A DNA stretch of 59,159 nucleotides, from contig CM119266.1 of the NCBI GenBank assembly GCA_051294375.1, forward strand, positions 15,726,468 through 15,785,626, read 5' to 3'. Under the pieces are notes generated by a model that saw only the letters and a program-made list of their open reading frames with translations, made no database searches and was not told the origin of the DNA. The translations under genes were made by a program, and so were the position numbers. The first letter of the stretch is position 1. Each line of letters begins with the position of its first letter. Below, in pieces: positions 12,842 through 25,164 of the stretch. Origin of the DNA: Paraspadella gotoi (lineage: Eukaryota > Animalia > Chaetognatha).

Positions 12842-14754
12842 GTGCTCTCTCTCTCTCTCCTCTCGTTCTCTCTCTCTCTCTCTCCAGCCGGGTAATTAAT
12901 GAAGGAAGATCATTAACGCTTCCGCTTTTATTTTCCTCTTTTCTTCTTTTTTTTTCTTTTACGTTTTTTCCTTTTTTTTCATTTTTTTTTATTTCCGTTT
13001 TAGCTTCATCCTCCACACCTATCAGTCAGCGCAGTCGGTTTTACGGTCATTGTTTTTGTTTCTTATTTTCATCCCTTAATGATATAAACAAAGAAGAGAA
13101 ATGAGTTTTTTGTCCTTTTTCATGCGGGGATTTTCAAACTTTTTCCTGCCTTTTCTCCTCGTTTTTCTCTGGTCCTTGGCTCCGAACATTCTCCGCCTTT
13201 TTTTTTTTTTAAAGACGAATTAATTTTTTTTCGCAGTTTGATATTTCAGATGAAACATCTTCGTTACGCGCGTTCAGGACTTTAGTCGCGGATTATTACT
13301 AATGAGGATGGACTTTTCGACGACGACGATGACGACAATGACGAACGACGACCGACCAGTAAAACGAGGGCCCTTTAAGAATATCAACCATGCGCTTTAA
13401 AAAAAGCCTACAACTAAAAAAAAAAATGACGATGACTGCTAAACTCTAAAGACAAGCAATAACAACGCGCGTTTAATTACGAGGAAGACAAGGAGAAGAG
13501 GAATCGCGGGACCAAACCTTCGAAAGGCCACGCCCATTCGCTCACGCGCGATATACGTGACGAAGCGTTACCCTCCAAGAAAATAACTCCGGGGAATTAA
13601 GGGGAAAAAAACGGGGCGACGAACGAAGGGCGACGACGACGAAACGACGACGATTACGACGAAAAAAGTGGAAGACGACCGAAAACGGTCGCAATTTAAA
13701 AACGTCGTAGTCGTTGACGGCGACGATGATAACCGACGACGACGGCGCGATGACGACGACAAAAAAAAAAGGAAAGAAGGAAAACAACAACAACAATTCC
13801 GAGTTTCCGACGACGAACGCATTAGCGACGGACGTCGTAAAAATCTCTTCAAACGCAGCAGGTGAATCAACGTCGAAGAATTTTTACGCTCTCGAAGCCA
13901 CGCCACTTTTGGAAGCGCACGCTACTCACGGCTCTCCCCTTCACTTTGGCAGCACCACCCGTTCTTTACGACGCCCATCACGAAAGCTTTCACGCTTTCT
14001 GACTTATTTTCAAAGAATTCTTTGTTTTGATAGTTAGCAATCTCTGAAGCTTTTCGTGTCGGTTTTGTCCTTCTATGAAAATCTTCATAATGCATACAAT
14101 GATACGTAATGGCAATTTAAAAAAAATGTTTTTACATCCAAGAAGAAGTCAAGCCGCTTTCGTGAACCGCAGCATAACTACGGTATAAGTTCAATATCAC
14201 AATTGTTTGGGACCAAAAAGTTAATAAAATGAAGAACAATAAGAAAGATATCGCATCGGTCAATGTTTGAAAAAAAATTAACGGGTAAGAAAAACTCGCT
14301 TCGCGGGTTGAAAGAGAAAAGTAGAGGAGAGGAAATAAACCTTGACAGATAATATGAGTGAATAATTAAAATAAAAAGATTAAAAAAAAGAGGAGAAAAA
14401 AAAAGGAGAAACAAAGTCATTATCTTGAGCGAAAAAAAAAGGGAACGATGGGTGGCAAAAGGATGGGACGAAAAAAGGGAAAGTGAAATGGAGAGCATGG
14501 GAAAGACGAAAGGAAAAAGAAGGAGATGAAAGAAAATGATGCAAAAAGGAAAAGCGAAAGTTGAAAGAAAAAGAAAAAGGAATGAAAGGGAAAAAAATGA
14601 AAGGAGAGAAGAAGAGGGAGGGCGGAGCTCGGGAGGAAGGAAAACGCCGCAGGTAACTTTTGAATATTCAAGAGGTGGGATCGGCTAGGGGAGATAAGAG
14701 GAGGAAACGGGGATGAAAATAAGGTGAGATAGTGAACGAATGGAGAGAGAAGAG

Positions 14755-14799
<45 letters not shown>

Positions 14800-15058
14800 A
14801 AAAGAACATTTAATGATAGCCAAAGTTGTAACTGGCTACTGAGTATCTCCTCGTTAAAGTTAAATACATTCTGAACTCGTACATTCACAAATATTATTTT
14901 AAAAATTTTTTTAGTCATAGAGAGTTATAGAGATTTTAGACAAGCAGCTCTTATTGTTGTCGTCATCGTTTTTATCCGTCAGGTAAAAGAGAATCTCATG
15001 TTTATGAGTTGAAGGCGGAGACGAAACCTTGAAAGGGAGACCATAAGACCGAGTTGAA

Positions 15059-15102
<44 letters not shown>

Positions 15103-16004
15103 AATGAAAGAAAGAAAGAAAGAAGAAAGAAAGATGGAAAGAATAAGGCAAGAAAGAAGTAAGAAAGGACGAGAGAAAAGAAAGAAAAAAGTAAAATAGA
15201 AAAATAATTATAGAACAAAACTGAACTGCAGAAAGAAAGAAAAAATATAAAACATTTTATAAAAAAAACAAAAAAAAACAAACAATTATAATACACCCAC
15301 CTTCGGAATTCCATTAACAAAGACGCTCCTCGCTCCATTAGTGAGCGATCATTGATGGACGAACAATTTCATTTGCAATTTTCCGGTTTTTTGCGACGTT
15401 TCCTTCATCTTTCGCGACTTTTCTCCCCAGAAACTATTATCGCCCTCATTCAAGGCATCTTTTTACCACAACTCATCTCCTTACACACGCCATGTCACCT
15501 CCACACCATCTTCAGGCCACCCCACTCAGGCGCCTCCTAAATCCGATCATCATAAAGCGATAATCGGCCGAGATGCCGACAGGTGGATCGGAAGTTTTTC
15601 GGGCTAGGGTGAGTTTGGTAAGGTTTATTTCAGGTAAGGGGGGGTTCGTCAAATCTAATGAGGACAGGCGAGGAGAATAACGAGGTCGGCGAGGGGTGCA
15701 AAAGGTGGGAAGTGGGCGGTCCAGGGTGAGGCGAAAGGAGGGGAGGTGTGGTAAGGTTTGGAGGCTCAGATTTCGACGTGAAAACTGGGGAAAGTTTTTT
15801 TTTTTTTTTTTTTTTGGTAACAAAGAAATCATCAAAGCGGCGATTCGCGGGGAGAAGTGTGCGCGAGGGACAAACAAAGGATATTAAAGCTTTGAGTCTT
15901 AGATACAAGCGGCATACTGTGTCTCGTTTCATGTGGTGTACCGTAATAATTCGAAGTCTGAAATAACAGTACAGTCCACATAACCAAGTTTTTTTTTTTT
16001 TGGC
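10462..16004. repeat. Copy 1 of a ~5.5-kb tandem duplication
   Basis: Starts aagagagagatgctaaaaaaaaatacgtgcgtcattagc and ends ...acagtccaca + polyT next to an N gap. Collinear with 16134-21648 and differs mainly by small indels. Confidence 0.9.
12015..12275. promoter_or_regulatory. Promoter-like motif cluster: CCAAT boxes, CLEAR/E-box palindrome GTCACGTGAC and TGACGTC CRE-like sites (duplicated at ~17775-18025)
   Basis: aaccaatcg at ~12018, ggccaatga at ~12049, gtcacgtgac at 12234-12243, and tgacgtc at 12240 and 12259 in a CpG-rich patch. No linked CDS identified. Confidence 0.3.
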
Positions 16005-16133
16005 NNNNNNNNNNNNNNNNNNNNNNNNNAAAGGAATATATGGGGTAAAAAGAATTAAAAAAGTCATTTGCATAGGTATGACGTGTTTAGATTTTTTCAA
16101 AGGGAATGGATGGAAGGAAGAGAGAGAGAGAGA

Positions 16134-17381
16134 AAGAGAGAGATGCTAAAAAAAAATACGTGCGTCATTAGCGGCGGCGAAGGCGGGGGCGGGGGGTTGG
16201 GCGGGTTGGCGAAAAGAGGGGCGAGCGACCTTTGCGCGGTGCCGAGGTGAGTGGAGGGATACCGAGCTGTTTGCGCGTCCCCGCGCCGACGGGGAAGGCG
16301 GAAGTTACAAGTTTAAAAAGGTAAGTGGGGCGCTCTTGCTGGGAAAAAAGAGTCCGAAGAGGTGCGAGGATGTTTCCTTTCGTTCCAGTGGTGAACGTGA
16401 TTATTGAAAGGGAGAAGAGAGAAACTTTCAGGTTGTCTTGAAATTCCGTGTAACGGTTTGAGAAAGACCCAAAACTATATTTTAGGTCGTTTGCATTCGA
16501 AATTTTCATCATTTTTGGTTATTTTTTTTTCTTGTTAGACGAAATGTCATTAAATTGATTATCAGTGACGCTCGACCACTTTGCCAATAATGTGAAAGTT
16601 TTGAAAAAATATTATCCTGTTAATTCAATTCGGCTTTAAAATTGATGATATTCATTTATTTCAGTTATCCAGTCACATTCCTATGATTATTTATTGTCGC
16701 GGACATTGTTTACTGACTTCTTACTCAATCGTTTTCTACCTGTCGATATTCTATCTTCTTTCTTTTCTCCTTTCAACCTTTTTCTCTTTTTTTCTTCTTC
16801 CTCCGTTTTTCTCGCGATCTATAAAGACGTCAACGTAGACGGGAAGATCCGTTCGAATCGCATTTGCATCAATTATATGGTTTCCCTCTCTCTTCTTCCT
16901 CTCTCTCTCTCGTCTCTCTTTCCTCTCTCTTTCTTCTTCCTCTTCTCTCTTTCTCTCTCTCTCTCTCTTCTTCTCTCCTCTGCTCTCTCTTTCTCTCCTC
17001 TATTCTCTCTCTCTCTCTTCTTGTGTCTTTGACGTCTGCTGCCTCCCGATTTCGAAGAAGGAAACAGAAAGGGAAATGACGTTACGCGATGAGCCCATCT
17101 TGCGAGATTCAGGACGATCAGAGAGAGCAAGAGAGAGATGAATGAGAAGAGAGAGAGAGAGAGACAGAGAGAGTTCGCGTTGGAGAACAGGTATTAACGA
17201 GAATGTTTTAAAGACGAGAAGGGTAGAAAGGAGAGACGGCGGAGAAAATAAAGGCGATGTAAAGGAATATAGTGGGGTAAAAAGAATTAAAAAAGTCTAT
17301 TCTGCATAGGTATGACGTCAGGTTTGAGATTTTTTCAAAGGGAATGGATGAAAAGAAGATGAAGAGAGAGAGAGAGGAGAC

Positions 17382-17413
<32 letters not shown>

Positions 17414-18520
17414 GAAGGAAGAGAGAGAGAGAGAGAGAGAGGAGGAGAGAGACGAGAAGCAGAGAAGNNNNNNNNNNNNNNNNNNNNNNNNNGAGAGAGA
17501 GAGAGAGAGCTTCGAAACCCCATAATTGAAGGGGAAAGACGCTAAGGTGATTTATAATTGACTCACTATTAAGTGCTTTCTTAGATTACAAAGCATACAT
17601 ACATACATTTCGCTCTCATGTCATTATATTTCAGTTTTTTACTTTTCGATAGAATTTCTTCTCCTTCGTTCAACTAAAGAAAAAGTCGGTGAAATAAAAA
17701 AAGCGGCGAAAAAAAAAAGGCAATTAGTTAAAGTAGCCATGACCGAGTCTCTCCCATTTGTCACTCATTAACTCGGGCAACCAATCGGAAACGTCTACCT
17801 TTGCCGTTTGGCCAATGAGGACACCGTCTCTCCCAACTCGTTCCGCTCGCCGTGAGACAGAGAAGGATGGCGATAGAGAGCGAGACAAAGCGTCTAAATG
17901 GTAATGCGATACCCATAACACACCTCGCTACCTGCTCCGAAGCCGGGGAGCCGGAGATGGCCCGTCGCGAGCGCGCGATGGCCTGTCACGTGACGTCGAG
18001 GCGATCGCGTGACGTCGGCGCCCCGGAGCGAAGAATGGAGGGATGACGGGACGGAGGGACGGAGGGACTGAGGGACCGACGGACCGACGGACGGACGACC
18101 GAACGAACGAAAGAGAACGAAGACAAATGAGAACCGATTTTCTGATTAATTAAAAATGGTGCTTAAAATTTAAAATGATCGTTTTCATTAGTGGAGGTTT
18201 TGTAAAAAAAAAATTACCGTATTTTCTAGACGTCCTTTTAACGACGATTAATTAATTAATTAATTACTTTCATTATACACCTGAGTAGCTAAAAACTTTC
18301 AACAATATGTATATTAATATGTTACGCAAGTTTCTCCCCAAGCCCATTCTCAGCACCCACTTCTAGTTTTTTCTCATATCGGATATCCACCTCATATCCA
18401 CACTCGTCCAATCCTTCATTTCCTGTCTATTTTTCAAAATGGCTTCGGTCACCGGAGCTTCTTGTTTTGTTCTTCATCGTTCGTTGCACTCTCTCTCTCT
18501 CTCTCTCTCTCTTCATTCTT

Positions 18521-18618
<98 letters not shown>

Positions 18619-20407
18619 AGCCGGGTTAATGAAGGAAGATCATTAAACCTTCCGCTTTTTATTTTCCTCTTTTCTTCTTTTTTTTTCTTTACGTTTTTCC
18701 TTTTTTTTTCATTTTTTATTTTCCGTTTTAGCTTTCATCCTCCACACCTATCAGTCACGCAGCGGTTTACGGTCATCTGTTTTGTTCTTATTTTCATCAT
18801 TAATGATATAAACAAAAGAAGAGAAATGAGTTTTTGTCTTTTCATCGGGATTTTCAACTTTTTCCTCCTTTTCTCTCGTTTCTTCTCTGGTCCTTGGCTC
18901 CGAATTCTCCGCCTTTTTTTTTTTCAGACGAATTAATTTTTTTTCGCAGTTTGATATTTCAGGATGAAAATCTTCGTTACGCGTCAGGACTTTAGTCCGG
19001 ATTATTACTAATGAGGATGACTCTTCGACGACGACGATGACGACAATGACGACGACGACCAAGTAAACGAGCCACTTTAAGAATATCAACCATGCCTTAA
19101 AAAAAAGCCTACAAACTAAAAAAAAAAATGACGATGACTGCTAAACTCTAAAGACAACAATAACAACGCGACGGTTAATTACGAGGAAGACAAGGAGAAG
19201 AGGAATCGCGGGAACACCTTCGGAAGCCACGCCCATTCGCTCACGCGCGATCACGTGACGAAGCGTTACCCTCCAAGAAAATACTCCGGGGAATAAGGGG
19301 AAAAAACGGGGCGACGACGAGGGCGACGACGACGACAACGACGACGATTACGACGAAAAAGTGAAGACGAAGAAACGGTCGCAATTTAAAACGTCGTAGT
19401 CGTTGACGGCGACGATGATACCGACGACGACGGCGACGATGACGACGAAAAAAAAAGAAAAGAAGGAAAACAACAACAACATTCCGAGTTTCCGACGACG
19501 ACGCATTAGCGACGACGTCGTAAAATCTCTTCAAACCACAGGTGAATCAACGTCGAGAATTTTTACGTCTCGAAGCCACGCCCACTTTTGGAAGCCACGC
19601 CCTATCACGGCTCTCCCCTTCCACTTTGGCGCACCCACCCTTCTTTACGACGCCCATGCACGAAAGCTTTTCACGCTTTCTGACTTATTTTCAAGATTCT
19701 TTGTTTGAAGTTAGCAATCTCTGAGCTTTCGTGTCGGTTTGTCCTTCTATGAAAATCTTCATATGCATACAATGATACGTAATGGAATTTAAAAAAATGT
19801 TTTTACATCCAAGAAGAAGTAAAGCCGCTTTCGTGAACCGCAGCATAACTACGGTATAAGTTCAATATCACAATTTTGACCAAAAAGTTAATAAAAATGA
19901 AGAACAATAAGAAAAGATATCGCACGGTCAATGTTTGAAAAAAAAATTAACGGGTAAGAAAAACTCGCTCGCGGGTTGAAGAGAAAAGTAGAGGAGAGGA
20001 AATAACCCTTGACAGAAAATGAGTGAATATAAAATAAAAAGATTAAAAAAAAGAGGAGGAAAAAAAAAAGGAGAAACAAAGTCATTATCTTGAGCGGAAA
20101 AAAAAGGGACGATGGGTGGCAAAAGGATGGGACGAAAAAAAGGGAAAGTGAAATGGAGAGAATGGAAAGAGAAAGGAAAAAGAAGGGAGATGGAAAGAAA
20201 AATGATGACGAAAAGGAAAGCGAAAGTTGAAAAGAAAAAGAAAAAAGGAATGAAAGGGAAAAAAAGAAAGGAGAGAAAGAAAGAGGGAGGGCGGAGCTCG
20301 GGACGGAAGGAAAACCCGCAGGTAATTTGAATATTCAAGAGGTGGGATCGCTAGGGGGAGATAAAGAGGAGGAAACGGGGGATGAAAATAAGGTGAGATA
20401 GTGAACC

Positions 20408-20462
<55 letters not shown>

Positions 20463-20716
20463 TTAAAAAGAACATTTAATGATAGCAAAGTTGTACTGGC
20501 TACTGAGTATCTCCTCGTTAAAGTTAAATAATTCTGACTCGTACATTCACAATATTATTTTAAAATTTTTTAGTCATAGAGAGTTATAGAGATTTTAGAC
20601 AACAGCTCTTATTGTTGTCGTCATCGTTTTTATCCGTCAGGTAAAAGAGAATCTCATGTTTATGAGTTGAAGGCGGAGACGAAAAACCTTGAAAGGGAGA
20701 CAAAGACCGAGATTGA

Positions 20717-20793
<77 letters not shown>

Positions 20794-21648
20794 GGAAAGA
20801 AATAAGGAAAGAAAGAAGTAAGAAAGGACGAGAGAAGAAAGAAAGAAAAAAGTAAACATAGAAAAATAATTATAGAAAAAACTGAACTCAGAAAGAAAGA
20901 AAAAATATAAACATTTTATAAAAAAAAACAAAAAAAAAACCAAACAATTAAATACAACACCTCGGAATTCCATTAAACAAAAGACGCTCCTCGATCCATT
21001 AGTGAGGATCATTGATGCGACGAAACAATTTCATTTGCATTTTCCGGTTTTTGCGACGTTCCTTCATTTTCGCGACTTTTTCTCCCCAGAAACTATTATC
21101 GCCCTCATTCAGGCATCTTTACCACACTCATCTCCTTACACACCCATGTCACTCCACACCATCTTCACCACCCCCACTCAGGCGCCTCCTAAATCCGATC
21201 ATCATAAAGCGATTATCGGCCGAGATGCCGAAGGTGGACGGAAGTTTTTCGGGCTAGGGTGAGTTTTTGGTAAGGTTTATTTCAGGGTAGGGGGGGTTCG
21301 TCAAATCTAATGAGGACAGCGAGGAGAATAACGAGGTCGGCGAGGGTCAAAAGGTCGGGAAGTGGGCGGGTCGCCAGGGTGAGGCGAAGGAGGGGAGGTG
21401 TGGTAAGGTTTGGAGGCTCAGATTTCGACGTGAAAACTGGGGAAAAGTTTTTTTTTTTTTTTTTTTGGAACAAAGAATCATCAAAGCGGCGATTCGACGG
21501 GGAGAGTGTGCGCGAGGGACAAACAAAGGATATTAAAGCTTTGAGTCTTAGATACAGCGGCCATACTGTGTCTCGTCATGTGGGTGTACCGTAATAATCG
21601 AGTCTGAATAACAAGTACAGTCCACAAAAGATTTTTTTTTTTTTTTTG
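16134..21648. repeat. Copy 2 of the ~5.5-kb tandem duplication
   Basis: Collinear with 10462-16004. In addition, 16030-16133 re-copies ~11562-11660 right after the N gap. Confidence 0.9.
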
Positions 21649-22524
21649 CATTCTGTCGCTGTGCAGAATTTGATGGATATGCATTAAAGTTTCTCATTCT
21701 GAAAACGACAAAGAAACAGGAAAAGGAAAACTTGAAGGAAAATGCCCAAACCTCGCGTCTGCTTCACCGTCTCCCTCTTTTAATTGGATATAAAAAAGAT
21801 TAAGGAAACTAAGGAAGATTAGGAAAAAGGAAAAACAAAACGGAAATAAAAAGGAGGCGTTATCACGCGCTTAATATAAAAAAAAACTTTTTTTTTCGCG
21901 TATCAAATCCAGGGAGCGCGTTATCGCCTCGCGTCTCTTTGGCCGCGTCCCCTTTTCGGGTCTAACGAGTTTCGGCCTTTTTTTTTTTTGCTTTATTATC
22001 ATAGGTGGTGGCAGGTGTATTCGCGCGCGGGGGCCTGACAAGCCTGGCTAGCAGATGTGAGTTGGGACGTAAGGGGGAGGTATGTAGGATTTAATTTGAA
22101 AGGGAAGTTGAAAGGCAGATAATGAGTGGGACAAGAAAGACGGTAATAGGAAAGAAAACGAGAAAAAGAAAAAAGAAATAAAGAAATTAAATATCTAAAA
22201 AAAAAACAAAAAACAAACGAACAATCATAAAACGAGAATATAACACGAAACATCAAATTTAATCTCGAGAAAAGGAAGAGCAAGGTAAACAAAACAAAAA
22301 CAAAAATAAAAGAACAAAAAATCAATTCTTCTGTTCGTCGAAGGCCGTCGAGGAAAACGTAAAGTCGTCACGCGCGGTCGGGAAAATCCTGCTCTCGTTC
22401 CTCGATGAAATTAGGTGCCACTTGATCACCTTATCTAAGGAGGTCGAAACGAGGGCAAATTTGAGGAAGCGAATCAACTCTGCCTCGTTCCACTTTCTCA
22501 CTTTCGCCGACGAAGGGGCTCATA

Positions 22525-22685
22525 GAAAGAGAGCTTTTGGGAAGTGCTGGGAAAGTGAGCTTATTGGAAAGCGCATGGAAAGAGAGCTTATTTAGGAGCT
22601 CTTGTAAAGTGAGCTTTTTTTGGAGCTCTTGAAAGGTGAGCTTATGAGGGAATGATTGGAATTAGAACTTATTGGGGAGCGCTCG
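22525..22685. repeat. Degenerate 27-bp minisatellite, ~6 units (consensus ~gaaagtgagcttattggaagcgcttg)
   Basis: The gagctt/gaactt core recurs at 22531, 22557, 22584, 22611, 22638 and 22665, i.e. 26-27 bp spacing. Confidence 0.75.
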
Positions 22686-24254
22686 GAGGAGCAGAAGGAG
22701 CTTATAAAAAGGAAATTGTGAATATAAATAGGCATCACCGCATAGCAATAATAAAAGTACTCTACTCTATTCGGAATTATGAATTCTGTTATCAATTCTG
22801 TCCAGCTTACTTTTCTTATCATTTTCTCTCTTTCCTAAACATTGTAGTTGATGACAATGACACGAAACCACAACGACGATGATGACGACAAAAACATCTT
22901 CGTCGACGGCGATAAGAATTTTTTCATGATTTTCTTCACCGAATTTTGATGACGTCACTCGGGACCCAAACAATAATATTCGGCGGCAGGTAAGGGCGGC
23001 GCGGGAGAGAGCAGTTATGATGGTAAGGCAAGCGGGAATTATTGAAAATAAGGAGATAGAAGTGGGGAAGTCGTGTCAAGTGTTGCGAACATGTAATCTC
23101 GATTAACGTTTGCTCAGCGCACTTCACGAATTGCGTATCGNNNNNNNNNNNNNNNNNNNNNNNNNNNNNNNNNNNNNNNNNNNNNNNNNNNNNNNNNNNN
23201 NNNNNNNNNNNNNNNNNNNNNNNNNNNNNNNNNNNNNNNNNNNNNNNNNNNNNNNNNNNNNNNNNNNNNNNNNNNNNNNNNNNNNNNNNNNNNNNNNNNN
23301 NNNNNNNNNNNNNNNNNNNNNNNNNNNNNNNNNNNNNNNNNNNNNNNNNNNNNNNNGAGAGAGAGAGAGAGAGAGAGAGATTTTTCGGCGTAACCTGCCG
23401 AGGTTTGTTTTGAGGCTTGAGCTTCAACCGATCCGGGGCTTATGTAAACATTCGCGAAGAAAGGAAGGTGAGAATGGGTTGGAAAAAGTGGGTGGGGGAA
23501 GATTGTCGATAAGAATGATAGTGTAGGATGGAGCGTGGGGTTTTACGGACGCGCGGGATATAAGCTGAGGTATCCTGGATTTTTTACAGCATTTTACGTT
23601 CGCGCGGAAGAAAGGGACGACGGCAAAGAATCGAAAGGTTGAAAGAGGCTCTGGTTGGGGGCGTGGCGCGGGTCGGAGAAAAACGTGGCGGTAAAAAGGC
23701 TTTTTAGAGATTTTAACGTCGGTTGACGCGGGTCCACGTCGCTCGTAGAAACTCCCTCTTGCCAAAAGGTGTAGAAGAAAAAATGACGGCGGAGGAGACA
23801 TTCGTATGAGGAGATGGAATCCTTCGAAATGGNNNNNNNNNNNNNNNNNNNNNNNNNNNNNNNNNNNNNNNNNNNNNNNNNNNNNNNNNNNNNNNNNNNN
23901 NNNNNNNNNNNNNNNNNNNNNNNNNNNNNNNNNNNNNNNNNNNNNNNNNNNNNNNNNNNNNNNNNNNNNNNNNNNNNNNNNNNNNNNNNNNNNNNNNNNN
24001 NNNNNNNNNNNNNNNNNNNNNNNNNNNNNNNNNNNNNNNNNNNNNNNNNNNNNNNNNNNNNNNNNNNNNNNNNNNNNNNNNNNNNNNNNNNCTCGTCTCG
24101 TCTCGTCTCGTCTCGTCTCCGCCATCTACCTTTTACGATTCCTTTTCCATTCCACCGAAGTCTCCAACCTTCCAAAGTCTTAAGCCAAAAACATGACATA
24201 TTTATCGGGAAAAGGTAAACCGGAGGTAAGTTTTTGAGAGTGAGTTTAGCGAAG

Positions 24255-24650
24255 AATATGAGGCGGTGGATTTTTGGACGATCTCTTAAGGAAATTGGGG
24301 TAGGAAGAGCCAGATCCGATGCTCTTTCGTCGTTGGGAGGGAAAAAGTCGCATTGTTATCTTTGTTTATTTGTTAGTCGCGCGCTGTTATTAATTTAATT
24401 TTTTTAATATACATCAATTATATTTTTACTCGAACCAGGCAACGTGACCGCTAATTAAAAAAAAATTTCAAGTCATCCTTTCCGCTCGACTCAACATTTT
24501 AACGAGAGCCGATACCTTGCTTTCTAACCTCTGGACTCCCAAAGTCTCCACCGTTGCCCTTTTGTCCGTCGAGCGTCTCTCGCGACAGAGGGCGCTCGAC
24601 CTCTCCCGATCTCAACAACACCGGGAGGCCGACTTCCTCGCCCGATCTCC
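24255..24650. repeat. ~400-bp direct repeat, second copy at ~28275-28690
   Basis: Both copies read atatgaggcg...gatctcttaagg...gccgataccttgc...ctcgacctctcc(c)gatctc and both lie near N gaps. Confidence 0.85.
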
Positions 24651-25164
24651 GNNNNNNNNNNNNNNNNNNNNNNNNNATTCATATATATAATAAAGAGAGG
24701 AGATTTTCGCTGCTAAGCCCCCATCAGCAATCCCCTTCCTTATTTTACAAGTAATCCCCCGCACCACTTTTGTGCGTCCGAGAAATCTCACCTTCGGTAT
24801 GATTTTGCCACCTTAATTCTCACTCTGGGAATCAAACTTCTATTCCAACCTCATCATCCTACCGTCGCACTCACCTTCGGCTGGTGCGGGCAGACGAAAT
24901 GCAATCTCCCCCTCCCACACCACCTCAACGCGTCTAGAGCGAATAGCAACTTGAAAAACACAAACTCCACGACGGGCGGCCTCGGACGCTTGGCGCGGTC
25001 CACGGATCCTCACACCACCGAACCGCAACCCAGCCCAACCCAGGCCGCTCAGGCCCCGAGCGTTCTTCACACACTCCCCCCACTCTCACTTCCTCCAGCT
25101 TCCACAAATTTCCGCAGCTGGACACAATGCGGAGCGAGCCAATCCCACCACACCAGCACGGAAC

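Noticed and set aside
9070-21700. Many ORFs rich in LSLSLS, ERERER, FFLSFF or KKERKK
   Set aside because: These are translations of (GA)n and (GAAA)n microsatellites with no splice-consistent model or domain.
22525-22685. Regularly spaced repeat as a CRISPR-like array
   Set aside because: Units are contiguous degenerate tandem copies without unique spacers; the context is eukaryotic and has no cas genes.
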